Shown here in pieces: positions 20,779 to 31,868 of a stretch of 64,000 nt of DNA. Under the pieces are notes generated by a model that saw only the letters and a list, made by a program, of their open reading frames with translations, was not told where the DNA came from and did no database searches. Origin of the DNA: an uncultured virus (IMG/VR IMGVR_UViG_2713897279_000003) (taxonomy: Duplodnaviria > Heunggongvirae > Uroviricota > Caudoviricetes). Location: the IMG/VR virus record IMGVR_UViG_2713897279_000003; one strand, written 5' to 3'. A program made the position numbers and the translations under genes. Numbering within the stretch: position 1 is the stretch's first letter; every line of letters begins with the position of its first letter.

Positions 20779-21816
20779 TCACTCTTCTCCTGTTTGTACA
20801 TCTGCTACTTCCATGTAGTCAAAAACAAGTGTATGAATATCTTCATCAAAATGCGTACATTCTTGTAAAGATTCAATAATTAACTCTTTATAATGTGATG
20901 CTAACCAGTCTGCAGCGAACTTAGTTCGACTATATATACAGAAATGGTTTCCATTTTCAAGGAATATGCTCCCTTTAAACCACGTTTCAAATGATGGCTT
21001 AGAAACGTTCTTTGTATGTTGAATGATCTCTAATACTTTCATCCAGGTATCAATATCTTTTTCAGAACGTGATTTTCTAATTTCTCTTGTTTTTAGGAAT
21101 TCACTCTTCTGAATATGCATTGGAGATATAGGTTTCTTTCTAAGCTCTCCACTCTCTGTTAGATCATCATAGATTTGAGAGTAATCAGTTTCCGCATTGA
21201 ATTCAGGAATCTCTTCAAAGTTTTCTACTAATCTATTCATGAATTTTTCATGGTGCTCTTTTAGGTTTTCAGGCAATTTATTAATCAAGTCCTGTGATAG
21301 GAAGGGAACCTTTTTTCTTACCTTATAAAGCGGACTTTCATCCATTTTGTTATTTTTCTGGCTCTGCACTAAAAACTTATAAACAAATCCATAGTCTTCA
21401 AGTATTTTCAGATACTTTTTAACTGTATTTGCACTTTTCCCCATTTTTTGTGCCAATAGTGGCAAGTCAGGGAAACACCAGTTTTTATCACCATAACAAT
21501 GACGCAATAAGTGTCCGTATAATGCTAATCCTTCTGCTTGTATGTAATGCCCCCAAAAATCATACACATATTCATGGATCATTACAATATGACCATGCAT
21601 ATATGGTAATGGTTGGCCAAGGCGATCTAAGTTGAATTTACGAACATCGTTCTCTGTAAAATATACTCGATCCAATATCGGCGTAAAATATGTTTGCGGC
21701 TGCCCTTTTACTATTCTTACCTTCTCAGCGACTCTACCAGTGTCAATATTTCGGTAGTAAAGTAGCTTTCCGGTGCGCCCTTTTAAGTTTAGCTTCTGCT
21801 CCTGAAAATCACTCAC
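20779..21816 (-). CDS. rep: Plasmid replication initiator: HTH domain plus C-terminal DnaA-N-like domain
   Basis: CFPDLPLLAQKMGKSANTVKKYLKILEDYGFV HTH; W..VLE.I...VSKPSFETWFK...FAADWLASHYKELI (DnaA domain I). The GTG start at 21816 follows GGAGGAG, and iterons are adjacent. Confidence 0.85.
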   Translation of the reverse strand: MSDFQEQKLNLKGRTGKLLYYRNIDTGRVAEKVRIVKGQPQTYFTPILDRVYFTENDVRKFNLDRLGQPLPYMHGHIVMIHEYVYDFWGHYIQAEGLALYGHLLRHCYGDKNWCFPDLPLLAQKMGKSANTVKKYLKILEDYGFVYKFLVQSQKNNKMDESPLYKVRKKVPFLSQDLINKLPENLKEHHEKFMNRLVENFEEIPEFNAETDYSQIYDDLTESGELRKKPISPMHIQKSEFLKTREIRKSRSEKDIDTWMKVLEIIQHTKNVSKPSFETWFKGSIFLENGNHFCIYSRTKFAADWLASHYKELIIESLQECTHFDEDIHTLVFDYMEVADVQTGEE

Positions 21817-21836
21817 TTTTTTCTCCTCCCATTGCG

Positions 21837-21961
21837 TTGACAATGACAGAGAATTTCCGTTATACTATCATTACATATGTGATAAAGCTCACCTTTATTT
21901 GGTGAATTACGGTAACTCTCTACCAGAACCCTTTCGCTCCCAACGAAAAGGTTCTTTTTTT
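21837..21961 (+). ncRNA. Putative antisense (counter-transcribed) copy-control RNA of rep, ~90 nt, with its promoter
   Basis: TTGACA(21837)-18bp-TATACT(21861); hairpin 21889-21905; terminator AGAACCCTTTCG-ctcccaa-CGAAAAGGTTCT plus T run. It is antisense to the rep leader. Confidence 0.7.
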
Positions 21962-22306
21962 ATGTCAGCATGTATTATTTTTTCAAAGATCTCTTTTGGT
22001 GCACAAAAAAACGCACTCTATTTTTAGGTGCGACTAAACAAACATTAACATGAGGATAGACTTCACCTAATAGGCATAGCAGTCCCCCTGCTAGTGTATG
22101 TAATCGCATTTCCATTTTAGCATAAATTACTACAAACTGTGAAGACATAATTTTACAAGCTTTGCTAAAAAACAATACTTGTATCCTATTGTTTCATTTG
22201 TTATAATTATCTTAATTAAATTAATAGATGTAATCGCAAGCAACCCCTTGTCATTTTTGGCAGGGGGTTGCTTTATTAAGTTAGAAAAAAGATCTTTTTA
22301 GGCTCT

Positions 22307-22762
22307 TTATTTTTCTTCTTTTTCATCATTTAATATACTACTATGCATTTTTAATGCTCTATCAGTTGTGAAATATATATTCACTAATAGTAAGCCAATA
22401 CTAGTGATTAGTAAACATATAAACAATGTTGTGACTGATTCAACCGTGTTTTGAAAAAGGAGCATAAATAGTGATATTAATAATACACTAGAAAAGAAAA
22501 AGTTAGAGTTACTAAAAAACTTGATGCTTTTCATTTTCCTTTCCTCCCTTTCATTTTTTAAAATATTTATTTTCATGTAGATATCTAATTTAATTAATCC
22601 GTATAATGTAATTGCATAAATGAATACTTTTGTGGATGTAATTAAAGTAAAGATTTCGCAATCTGTTCCTATATTTATTAACATGAACACAAATGTGATT
22701 ATTGAAATAATGATATAAAGATAATTTAAATCTTTATTCCTTTTGTTATATTTATTCATCAC
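22307..22762 (-). CDS. Hypothetical membrane protein (~4 TM)
   Basis: 151 aa with four hydrophobic stretches; AAAGGGA RBS; very AT-rich. Confidence 0.65.
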   Translation of the reverse strand: MMNKYNKRNKDLNYLYIIISIITFVFMLINIGTDCEIFTLITSTKVFIYAITLYGLIKLDIYMKINILKNEREERKMKSIKFFSNSNFFFSSVLLISLFMLLFQNTVESVTTLFICLLITSIGLLLVNIYFTTDRALKMHSSILNDEKEEK

Positions 22763-23015
22763 TTATTCCCTTTTCTTTTTAGTTAGTGAGCCAATTTTTT
22801 TACCGATCATCTGTAGCATTCTTTAGATTGTATGAATTGATAGTCTGTTGTGATTCTGAATAATATAATCGTAGCGCTAATTTGTTTTCTTGTTTCGAGT
22901 AATACGTTCTGGTCGTATTTTTAGTCAATTTGGATGTTTTGCTAAAAAAACCCTTAAGTAAAAAAATATTTGATGAGATGATTAAAATTGAACTGTTTAT
23001 TTTAATGTTCCATTA

Positions 23016-23255
23016 TTATTGTTCTTCTTTTTTGGTTTCATGAATTTGTTCATTAACTGCTTCTAAAATTGTATAATGGCAACTAAGTATTGCATTTAGC
23101 ATTTCTTGAATATTTAATTGGTAATTATCTGTAATTCCTCGGATTTCTTTCCACATTTCTTCTCCTGCTTTACTGGATTGTTTTAATTCTTCTTCTGAAA
23201 TAGTGGCCTGTATCATACCTAAAAGTGCCTGTGTTTGTGCCAAATATTTTTCCAT
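23016..23255 (-). CDS. Hypothetical protein
   Basis: 79-aa ORF with an AAGGAG RBS. Confidence 0.75.
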   Translation of the reverse strand: MEKYLAQTQALLGMIQATISEEELKQSSKAGEEMWKEIRGITDNYQLNIQEMLNAILSCHYTILEAVNEQIHETKKEEQ

Positions 23256-23429
23256 GGAGCATCTCCTTTTTGGTTATTTAACTAATATGGTAAGGTGTTA
23301 TAGGTAAAAGGAATGACAAGCATATATGCAAACAATGCACAGGAAGTGCATGAAACATTCAAATTATAATCTCCTTTTATCAAAATAAGTAGGCGAATAC
23401 GTTAGAAAAAAGCCTTTAAGTGTTCATTT

Positions 23430-24536
23430 TTATTTGTTAATTTGCTCAATCAATTTACGTTTTGTTTCTGGGCCGTAGATTCCATCAGCATTACTGCAAT
23501 AAACAGATTGGAAACGATATACAGCATTCACTGTTTTGTCTCCATAAAATCCATCACAACCATAGTTAGGTGCACTTTTATCAGGATAGAAATATACACT
23601 TGTTAATGCTTTTTGTACAGCTCGAACGGATTCCCCACTAGACCCTTTTTTTAATACTCCATCTGGAAGAGTACTACTTGAATCAGAAGATGGTATAGCG
23701 GAATTATTTCTATAAGGAATAAAGTTAACAAATTCAGAATCTGCTGTACAGAATTGGTTCGAGCCACCAAGATTATACCAGTCTCCTTGTTTGTAAAAGA
23801 CCGCCCACTCTGTTCCATGATCTAATAATTTTAAAGTAATGCCATCCATACCAGGACGATCACGAAGTCTTACTGCCGTTGCTGTAATTACAACTTTACC
23901 AATAGGTTCACCGCTGCCGCCTGTTGGTGGTTGGGGTTTAGAAATCGTAACATCTTCACCACCGTTAATGCAGCTATTATATTCACGAACGATATCTTTT
24001 AAAAGTTGAGAGTAGCTTCTCCCCATTGTACGAAGACCTTGGCTAGGATCAACTTTCCGTGTTGGATCTAAAATTTCATGTCCCGTAATGGAGTTAGCTG
24101 GATTAAGACCAAACTTGTAACAAGCATAAGCAAGCACCCAAATATAACGCTTATACGCTTCTTCCCCATTAATTTTCCCACCAAAACATAACTCAACGCC
24201 ACCAGCATAATCATTAGCATCTCCACCAAATAATTGATTATCTTTTGTTACATTATAGAGTACATGCCATGCCTTTTCAGGAGTTCCTGTTAAGAATGGA
24301 ATACATTCAATGATTCGCTTGTCGTCTACAAATATATGTGCAGATGCTGACATCTCATTGCGGCTATTTTCATAATATGTAACATTGTTTTGCGCTGTAG
24401 ATGTAGGATTACCTGTATCATGTGCAACCATGAATTTAACACCAGGCATCTTAATACCAGAGCGACGTTTTGTTTTAGATGTTAAGTATTGTTTTTCGAT
24501 TTCGTATTTCATTTTAAAACCCATAATGAACACCAT
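23430..24536 (-). CDS. Endolysin: N-acetylmuramoyl-L-alanine amidase (Amidase_2) plus SH3-like plus PG-binding domain
   Basis: VAHDTGN, SAHIFVDD, AWHV, GH..LDPTRKVDP; VRLRDRPG SH3-like segment; LKKGSSGESVRAVQ...DGFYGDKT...DGIYGPET. Confidence 0.92.
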   Translation of the reverse strand: MVFIMGFKMKYEIEKQYLTSKTKRRSGIKMPGVKFMVAHDTGNPTSTAQNNVTYYENSRNEMSASAHIFVDDKRIIECIPFLTGTPEKAWHVLYNVTKDNQLFGGDANDYAGGVELCFGGKINGEEAYKRYIWVLAYACYKFGLNPANSITGHEILDPTRKVDPSQGLRTMGRSYSQLLKDIVREYNSCINGGEDVTISKPQPPTGGSGEPIGKVVITATAVRLRDRPGMDGITLKLLDHGTEWAVFYKQGDWYNLGGSNQFCTADSEFVNFIPYRNNSAIPSSDSSSTLPDGVLKKGSSGESVRAVQKALTSVYFYPDKSAPNYGCDGFYGDKTVNAVYRFQSVYCSNADGIYGPETKRKLIEQINK

Positions 24537-24550
24537 CTTCCTTTAATTTT

Positions 24551-25123
24551 TTAAGCAACTCCTGAGCTACCAAAACTGCTATCTTTTTTCTAGTTCTACT
24601 AGATTATCTACCAGTTTCTTAGCAGCAACACCGTTTGCTTTTCTTTTTAATAGAGTTCTAAATGCATCAAGAATTGTAGAAAGGAATCCTTTATTAGGCT
24701 TAGCGAGCAGTGATACAACTAATTGTGCAATACGATTTCCCGATTCAATATGGAGTGTTTCATTACCAAGGTTAAATATGTTAGCTTGTATTTCTCCTAT
24801 ATAACCTATATCGATTGTTCCATAAGTAGCCATTACCCTATTTTTCTTAGTAAGGTCACTACGAGGACGCAAATCTTCAGTATGATGTATTGAAATATTG
24901 ATACCAAGACTTAATGGAATACAACCCCTTTTACCAGGCTTAATAATAATAGATTTATCAATTTTCGAGCAAGATAATCAAATCCAGCGTTACTTGGATA
25001 TTTTCGTTGTAGGACAAAGTTTTTACCTGTTGTTTCTATTAGTTTTACGGGCAGAGTTCCCTTTAATTCTAGCTCTCGATTTACTTTTGTTTGATAATCT
25101 AATTATGTTAGTGTTAGCTCCAT
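24551..25123 (-). pseudogene. dut: Trimeric dUTPase pseudogene
   Basis: Motifs NAGFDYL, RPRS, GTIDIGYIGEI, GNRIAQLV and FGSSG are spread over several frames with stops. Confidence 0.85.
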
Positions 25124-25142
25124 AATCCCCTTCTGCCTTCCT

Positions 25143-25169
25143 TGTAATGCATTACATATATTATATCAT
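25143..25169 (-). promoter_or_regulatory. Extended -10 promoter with a perfect operator at the start site
   Basis: Minus strand TG-a-TATAAT-atat-(T)GTAATGCATTACA (motif at 25143-25156), upstream of dut and the endolysin. Confidence 0.75.
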
Positions 25170-25856
25170 AAAATCTTCATTTCTTCTTGAATAGAATTTT
25201 CCTCAAATGTTATTTCAGCTATTAATGTTCGTTAAAATAATAATCTTCGCATGAATGTAAGAATAATTGTTTACTTTCTACACAATAACGATTGAATTTA
25301 AGAAAGCAATTAGCATCTTCATAATAGTTTTGTTCAACATCAAATCCCATTAATTAATCATAATTATATTATGTAAATAAGATTTGATTAACAATGTTAA
25401 GGGGACTTTTTGGTGAAAAATTCTAGCTGGTTGCATTGTTGCTAGAATTTGAACGTGGGTATGAATCATTTACTTTTTCAACTGCAATAGAATTACAAGT
25501 CACAACATATTGTAAACCACCAAGTCTAAACATTCCTGCATGTTTAGACGATACAAGCCAGTGTAGTCTCTTTGTTTCTGATGTTTGGTTTTTTATTTCT
25601 TTATTACGGTACGTGAAATTTTAGCGTTTAGGTATGGTGTTATTTGTTGTTTTTAGTTCGCCTCTATTTTTTTCAAGTAGTATGCTCCTTATCCTTTTTC
25701 CTACCATATCTATACAACTCATGATTTCTAGTAAGGGCGATCTTCATACTTATACTTCCACCAACACTTAAAATCTTTTATGAAAGTTTTTCGCTTCAAT
25801 GATCGAACAGTAACATGAAATAGATGTTTTATATACGAATTCATATGTGCCCCTTC

Positions 25857-28800
25857 TTATACCAGCATTTCAACTTCATACATATCAACAAGTAGTTTGA
25901 AAAAATTAGCTGTAAACTTATCTCTGCTCTTTTCTCCTTTGATTGTTATCTTATTACCTAGCCTTAGCGTTTGTTGGTACTTCTCCATTAGATAACCCCA
26001 TACTGTCACCATGATTACTTCTTCTTGAGTCTCTAATGAAAGTGTATAGTGCGTTTTTCCAGTACGAGCTTTCCAACTTTCTACTGAACGAATAACTCCA
26101 GTAAATTGAGCACTCTTACCTTCTTCTAACTTCCCCCATCTGGATTTGACTGTAATACTTACACCAAAACATTCTTTTTCAAAATCAACAATGTCACTCT
26201 TGTTAGTTGTTTTTGGAATATGTTCATATTCTTCATTACGAAACTGCATGTAATTTCGTAATAAGAGATTTCGATTTTTACTTAGATTATCAAAAGAACC
26301 AGACTTTATTAATGCAGTAACTTTAGTCTTATTCACTTTTGACCCATCAACTCTTAATAACATATCCTCAACAGATTTATAGGGGCGGTTCTGCATAATT
26401 TCATCTACAGTTTCACCACTTACACCTGCTATACTAGATAACCCATAGCGTATTTCGTTTGATTTATTAATGGTTTCTGTTGTAAATCCAGCAAATGAAT
26501 TATCCAAAAATATACCTTTTGTTTCAGTCTTGATAGGTGCCCATCCCGCCATAGATTCATTGATATCTGGGGGAAGGATAGTAATGCCCATCTCTTCACA
26601 CTCTTTCATGTAATAGATGTTTTTAGGCTTCTTATTCTTATCTTTCTTTCTTTCTTTCTGAGAAGGTTAACAGCGCTGACATAAATTCAACAGGATAGTA
26701 GCATTTTAACCAAGCTGTAACGACAGATAGCAATGCATATGCAGCTGAATGTGCTTTATTAAAGCAATAGTTACCAAACTTAATCCAATCAATTTTTATT
26801 TGAAGTAGAGTTTGTTCATCGAATCCACGATTAATTGCTCCCTCTACATATGGCTGCTTTGCATAATCATAATCAACCCAAAGGGTAGGCTTCCCTTCAG
26901 CATCTTTGGGATATTGTAAAACAAGTTCAGCATGCCTTTTCTTATATTCTTCACTTCCATAAATCATTAAATCTATCCATCTATTCATCAAATCGTGCTT
27001 TTTCTTTGATACACCTTTTCGAATCATATCACTCTGCCCTAGTGTCAATCCTCCTAGCACCCTAGAAGCCTGCATTATTTGTTCCTGATAAACCCAAACA
27101 CCATAGGTTTCTTGCAAAACTGGCTCTAAAGCACTGAATGGATATTTTAATTCTTCCCTGCCCCACTTACGAGCAACGTATGTAGGAATTAGATCTAACG
27201 GCCCAGGACGGCCCAGTGCAACAATTACCGAAATATCTTCAAATGAGTTGGGTTTCATTTCAGAAATAATCTTTTTGAATAAATCAGACTCACATTGGAA
27301 AATCCCAGATAAATTTAATGCATTATATACTCGCTCAAATACAAGAGGATCGTTAATATCAATATCTCGGTAGATATTCATTTTCCCCCATAAGCCTGCA
27401 AACTCCAAGGTTTTCTTTACTATATCAAGTGTCTCTACTTTAAGTACATCAAATTTTACAAGGAGTTTTTCAATCCAAACCATATCATATTGAGTAGTTT
27501 CAATCCCTTCACTATCAGTGCGAAGTGGTGTAACTTTTGTAATTGGTTCAGGAGAAAGAACAATCCCTCCAGCATGAACACCCACTTGTGAAACATGACC
27601 TTCTAAAGCAAGCATCGCTTCCCACCACTTAGGATACATTTGAGCATATTGCTGTACCATTGATTCTTCAGCATACGCCTTTTTTAATGTAATACCTGGT
27701 CGTGAGGGAATCGCTTTTGCAAAAGCATCTTGAGTCGCTGTATCCAATCCAAGTGTTTTCCCTGTACGACGACATACAGCTCTAGCTGCTAATGTACCTT
27801 TGGTCCCGATTTGTGCAACCTTATCAATTCCATATTTTTGTTTCAGATGATTTAAGACAAATCGAGTTCCTTCATAACTATAATCTACATCAAGATCAGG
27901 ATATCCAGCACGTTCAGGATTTAAGAAACGTTCAAATAATAGATTATATTTAATAGGGTCTAACCAAGTGATTTTTAAGCATCGACATACAAGTGAACCT
28001 GCCCCAGAACCACGTCCTGGTCCTACTAGAAAACCAGCCTTTACAGTGGCATCAATCATATCTTCTTCTATTAAGAAATAATCTTGGAATCCTTCAGAAC
28101 AGATAACATCTAATTCATATTGCAGTCTCTTGGAATATGAATTCACATCAATACCATCTGTTAAAGCCATTTCAAACAAGCCATCCCAAGCCTTTTTTCT
28201 TAATAAATCTTCGACTGTTTCTGAGCCATCCACAATAAAATTAGGAAATAATGGTTCTTTCGGTAAAGTAACATTTACCTTATTCGCAATTCTCATGGTA
28301 TTTTTCCATGCTTCAATATCATTACATTTTACTAACATCTCTTCTTCTGTTTTCATCCAGAATTCATGTGCATATACAAGTCTATTCTCATCATTAATGC
28401 ACTTTCCAATAGAGGAGGTTACCAAAATATCATGTATTTCATTATCTTCTTTATTTGCATAATGCACATCTGTTGTTAATATTTTAGGTGTATTTGTTTC
28501 TGCAGCAAGTTGATCAATTACAGCATTAACGTAAATTTGTTTAGGAATTTCAGTAGCTTGCTTTTCCAGGTAAAATTCATGAAATGTATCTTTACATTCT
28601 TGAATATGTTCTTTTGCTTCCTCAATGCGTCCTGCCAACACCAATTGACTAAAATAACTCCCAAGACAAGCAGACGTAGCAATAATGTTATTACCAAGAC
28701 CCCTATCACGGATATAAGCCAAATCAGTCCGAGGATCAGAATAGAAACCATTGATATGAGCATCCGATACAATTGCATATAAATCTTCCAATCCCTTATT

Positions 28801-29379
28801 ATTTATTGCTAGAAGGACCATATGAAAGTTCCCATGATCTATATAGTCGAAAATATCCTTTTTGAATGAATCAATTTTATACTTTGATATTTTTGATGAT
28901 GGAGAGACGAACTGATTTTCTAAATCAATTTCACAGGTTGAAAATAAATCTAAAGTTTTTTCTGTCCGCTGTCCTATAGACATTAAATAATCTTTTAAAA
29001 TTATATGAACTTTTTCCTCAAAAACTTTCATATCTTTGGCTACTTTACGAATAAAATCATGAAGAACTTTCAGTTTTGGTTTTCCCTTTTTATCAATTAG
29101 CATATATTTTTCGCACAATTTAATCCGCTTTTCTACCATGTCTTCATTTTTAATTAAACGATTTTTTGTAGTATATACTTCACAACCTGGAATCAGTTTA
29201 ATTCCATTTGCTAAACATTCTGTTATGAAATCTGGTATTGCACTGCATACGCCATGATCGGTAATACCTAGGGCAGTCATTCCAATAGATTTTGCTTTAG
29301 CGACTAGATGCTTTACATTAGATAGGCCGTCTAGTACACTTTCTTCGCTATGAACATGTAAATGACATCCTCTGCACAT
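25857..29379 (-). pseudogene. dnaE: DNA polymerase III alpha subunit (DnaE), frameshifted at a (GAAA)4 tract (26643-26658)
   Basis: PHP domain HLHVHSEESVLDG/ITDHG, GPGRGSGAGSLV, PDLDVD, GVHAGG, FNKAHSAAY. The second ORF supplies ILPPDINES, IRYGLSSIAGV (HhH) and the OB fold. Removing one GAAA unit fuses the two ORFs. Confidence 0.9.
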
Positions 29380-29401
29380 GCTTTGTCTCCTTCATTTTTA
29401 A

Positions 29402-29725
29402 TTACTGATTTCCTACCTCAACAGACTTTTCTATTAATTTTCCTGCCATTCGTTTTGACTGTTTCACTTCAGTCTCGCGAATGCGATTCATAATTGTGGA
29501 TGTCTGAACAGCAGAAGCTGTAAAAATTAAACCTGTATTAGATGACTGCGTGATAATACTTCTTGTTTTCTTTCCCTGTGTTAAATCTAAAAAACGTCCT
29601 GCTTCTTTTGCGTGCTGTAATGAACGTTTAATTGGTGAAGAATCAGGTCGATTTACTGTTAAAATTTTACCAGCATCCACATAATTTGAAAATCCGATAT
29701 CTACAAAATGAATATTGTTGTTCAT
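29402..29725 (-). CDS. remA: RemA/DUF370-family (extracellular matrix regulator) homologue
   Basis: FVDIGFSNYV...PDSSPIKR...AKEAGRFLDLTQGKKTRSII...SAVQTSTIMNRI matches the RemA family pattern. Confidence 0.85.
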   Translation of the reverse strand: MNNNIHFVDIGFSNYVDAGKILTVNRPDSSPIKRSLQHAKEAGRFLDLTQGKKTRSIITQSSNTGLIFTASAVQTSTIMNRIRETEVKQSKRMAGKLIEKSVEVGNQ

Positions 29726-30378
29726 AAGTAATGTCCCATCCTTTGATAAAATTGATATATTTCATATAAGAATCAACCAATTATTTAGTTCTTAATCTAG
29801 AGGATAAATTAGTGTCAAACTCCGGCGTTGTAAACATGCCACCATGTGTCTCTTCTTGAATAATATTAAGAATTGGTTAATATTTTTAAACTGCATGTAT
29901 AACTCTAAAAGAATTATAGTACCTTTAAAGAGCTTATAATATACTGGTTTTCCATATTATTTTACTATAAGAATGTAAATCACATCAAAAACATTTACAA
30001 TAACTTAGTATTGTTTTAGTAAAGTTAAATAGACTTTTCTTTCTAAGTTCAGATAAAATGTAAATTGATTTGTATACCATTCTTTAGTTCAACTATCGTT
30101 AAAGGCACTATTTAATTCTGCAAGATAATTTCCAACACTATAAAGTCAGATTTAGGCATTAACACACCTACTCCTATCTTCTATTTTAACTGTTTTCTAG
30201 CATAAGAATATTTTCAAAAAATCTTATTAATAGATTATCCAACATGTTAATTTGAATCATCTTCCTATCCATCATTTCAATTGTTAAGGACCCTATTTTC
30301 TTCTTAAGTAAATTCATTCTATTCTATACTGTGAATTAATTAGGACGCTCATATCTTTAGTTGCAACCATCCTTTTCA

Positions 30379-30404
30379 TGTAATGCATTTCACTATCGAT
30401 TATA
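30379..30404 (-). promoter_or_regulatory. TATAAT followed by an operator
   Basis: Minus strand TATAAT-cgatag-TGAAATGCATTACA (motif at 30379-30392); heads the region leading to remA/dnaE. Confidence 0.7.
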
Positions 30405-30445
30405 CAATAAGAATAACAAGGTAACAAGACAAAACATAAGAAAGA

Positions 30446-30691
30446 TTAAGAAACTTCAAGTTTCTCTTTAATTTCTTTTAAATTTTCTTCATTACATGCT
30501 GTAATTGAATCAAACCATTTATATGGTATAAAAATGGTATCTATTCTTATAAGCTCTTCCTGAAAATCTGCATTGCCTAATTTCATATCTTCTATATAAA
30601 TTCCATAATGCTTATTCTTACTTGAACATATAAGGGCTACTAAAGGCGTTTCTAATATTTCTAATAAGTTCTTACTTGCATTCTTAGACAT
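30446..30691 (-). CDS. Hypothetical protein
   Basis: 81 aa, AAGGAG RBS, overlaps the end of the sigma-like gene. Confidence 0.65.
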   Translation of the reverse strand: MSKNASKNLLEILETPLVALICSSKNKHYGIYIEDMKLGNADFQEELIRIDTIFIPYKWFDSITACNEENLKEIKEKLEVS

Positions 30692-31476
30692 TTTAATTCT
30701 CCTTTACTTAACATATCTTGTAATTGCATCTGAATTCTTTTTCTAATTCGATGAATAGACTTTGAATGATACGGAATCATTTTTGCGATTTCTTTGTCGG
30801 TATATCCTTCATAATAGTATTTTGCAAGAATATAGCGCTCATGACTTTTTAGTTTATTAAAAGGGAATTGCGATACATCTCCATGGACCCAACTTGGATG
30901 ATTAAGTTCTGATCCTGTAGACATTTCAATTTCTAATATACTAGGGTTTTTACTTTCTAACTTATTAAGTGTTTCCTCTAAACCCTTTTCATTATTTTGA
31001 TCTGTATAATTATTTTGATAAATCATATCTTTATGATCAAGTAGATCTTGATTCATACTATCGATCAGTCTTTTTAGATTAAATTTATAAGAAACATATA
31101 TGTATTTTTTAAATGAGCTCCCTTGTGGCTTATAATGACGAGCACACAGTAAGAATGGTATCAATAGCTCAGCTCTTAATTCATCTTTCGTATGATTACG
31201 AAACACCCATTTTAAATAATTTAATGCTTTATAGGCTTGTTTAATTGATTCTTGTGAATAGACCCCCCCATCCTTCAAATTTTTTATAATACCCTTATTA
31301 TTAATATAACAAGCTAGAAAACAGCGAATGTCATAGTTTTTAAAATTAATCACATCTTTCGTTAGTAAGGTGTAATACTTATTGAGAAAATTTTCATATT
31401 CTTTTACGAGTGGTTCAGATATACCTGTTTGTTGGTATAATAAAACTTGTTTATCCTGTGCTGTAATAGTTCCCAT
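30661..31476 (-). CDS. Phage sigma-70-like transcription factor
   Basis: Region 2-like ARHYKPQGSSFKKYI; region 4 HTH LKSHERYILAKYYYEGYTDKEIAKMIPYHSKSIHRIRKR. Confidence 0.75.
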   Translation of the reverse strand: MGTITAQDKQVLLYQQTGISEPLVKEYENFLNKYYTLLTKDVINFKNYDIRCFLACYINNKGIIKNLKDGGVYSQESIKQAYKALNYLKWVFRNHTKDELRAELLIPFLLCARHYKPQGSSFKKYIYVSYKFNLKRLIDSMNQDLLDHKDMIYQNNYTDQNNEKGLEETLNKLESKNPSILEIEMSTGSELNHPSWVHGDVSQFPFNKLKSHERYILAKYYYEGYTDKEIAKMIPYHSKSIHRIRKRIQMQLQDMLSKGELKCLRMQVRTY

Positions 31477-31801
31477 TTATTGTTACTCCTTATCTACTAG
31501 GCGCCCCATTAAATTCTTTCATTGCTTTATATCTTACACTTTGGATTCTCTCTCATTTCAATAATTACTCATTTTTTCACTCCTTCCATTATTATTTTTT
31601 GTGCTTACACGCCTTCCTAGCGATATTTTTGTCATGCCCCCATCTACTTTCTCTTTATTTGCTATTATAATTTTAGTTAATTTGCAGTACATCTGAAACT
31701 TCAAATAAACTTAAAAGTCAGTTCTTATTGAACATACATGCCCATTTTAGTATTTTTTAGAGAGTAATTCTATAAATCCCTACAATTCCCTCTAAGTATT
31801 A

Positions 31802-31832
31802 TGTAATGCCTTTCACGCGCTTAATTATAGCA
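31802..31832 (-). promoter_or_regulatory. Extended -10 promoter followed by an operator variant
   Basis: Minus strand TG-c-TATAAT-taagcgcg-TGAAAGGCATTACA (motif at 31802-31815), upstream of the sigma-like gene. Confidence 0.7.
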
Positions 31833-31868
31833 CAAAAAAATAAAAAAGACAGGATTTAAACCTGTCTT

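Noticed and set aside
22099..22113. TGTAATCGCATTTCC near the rep promoter as another operator copy
   Set aside because: It needs a 1-bp insertion and a mismatch; too weak to count.
26609..26661. Split intein or intron in dnaE
   Set aside because: There are no intein terminal residues or extra sequence; the halves join by removing 4 bp.
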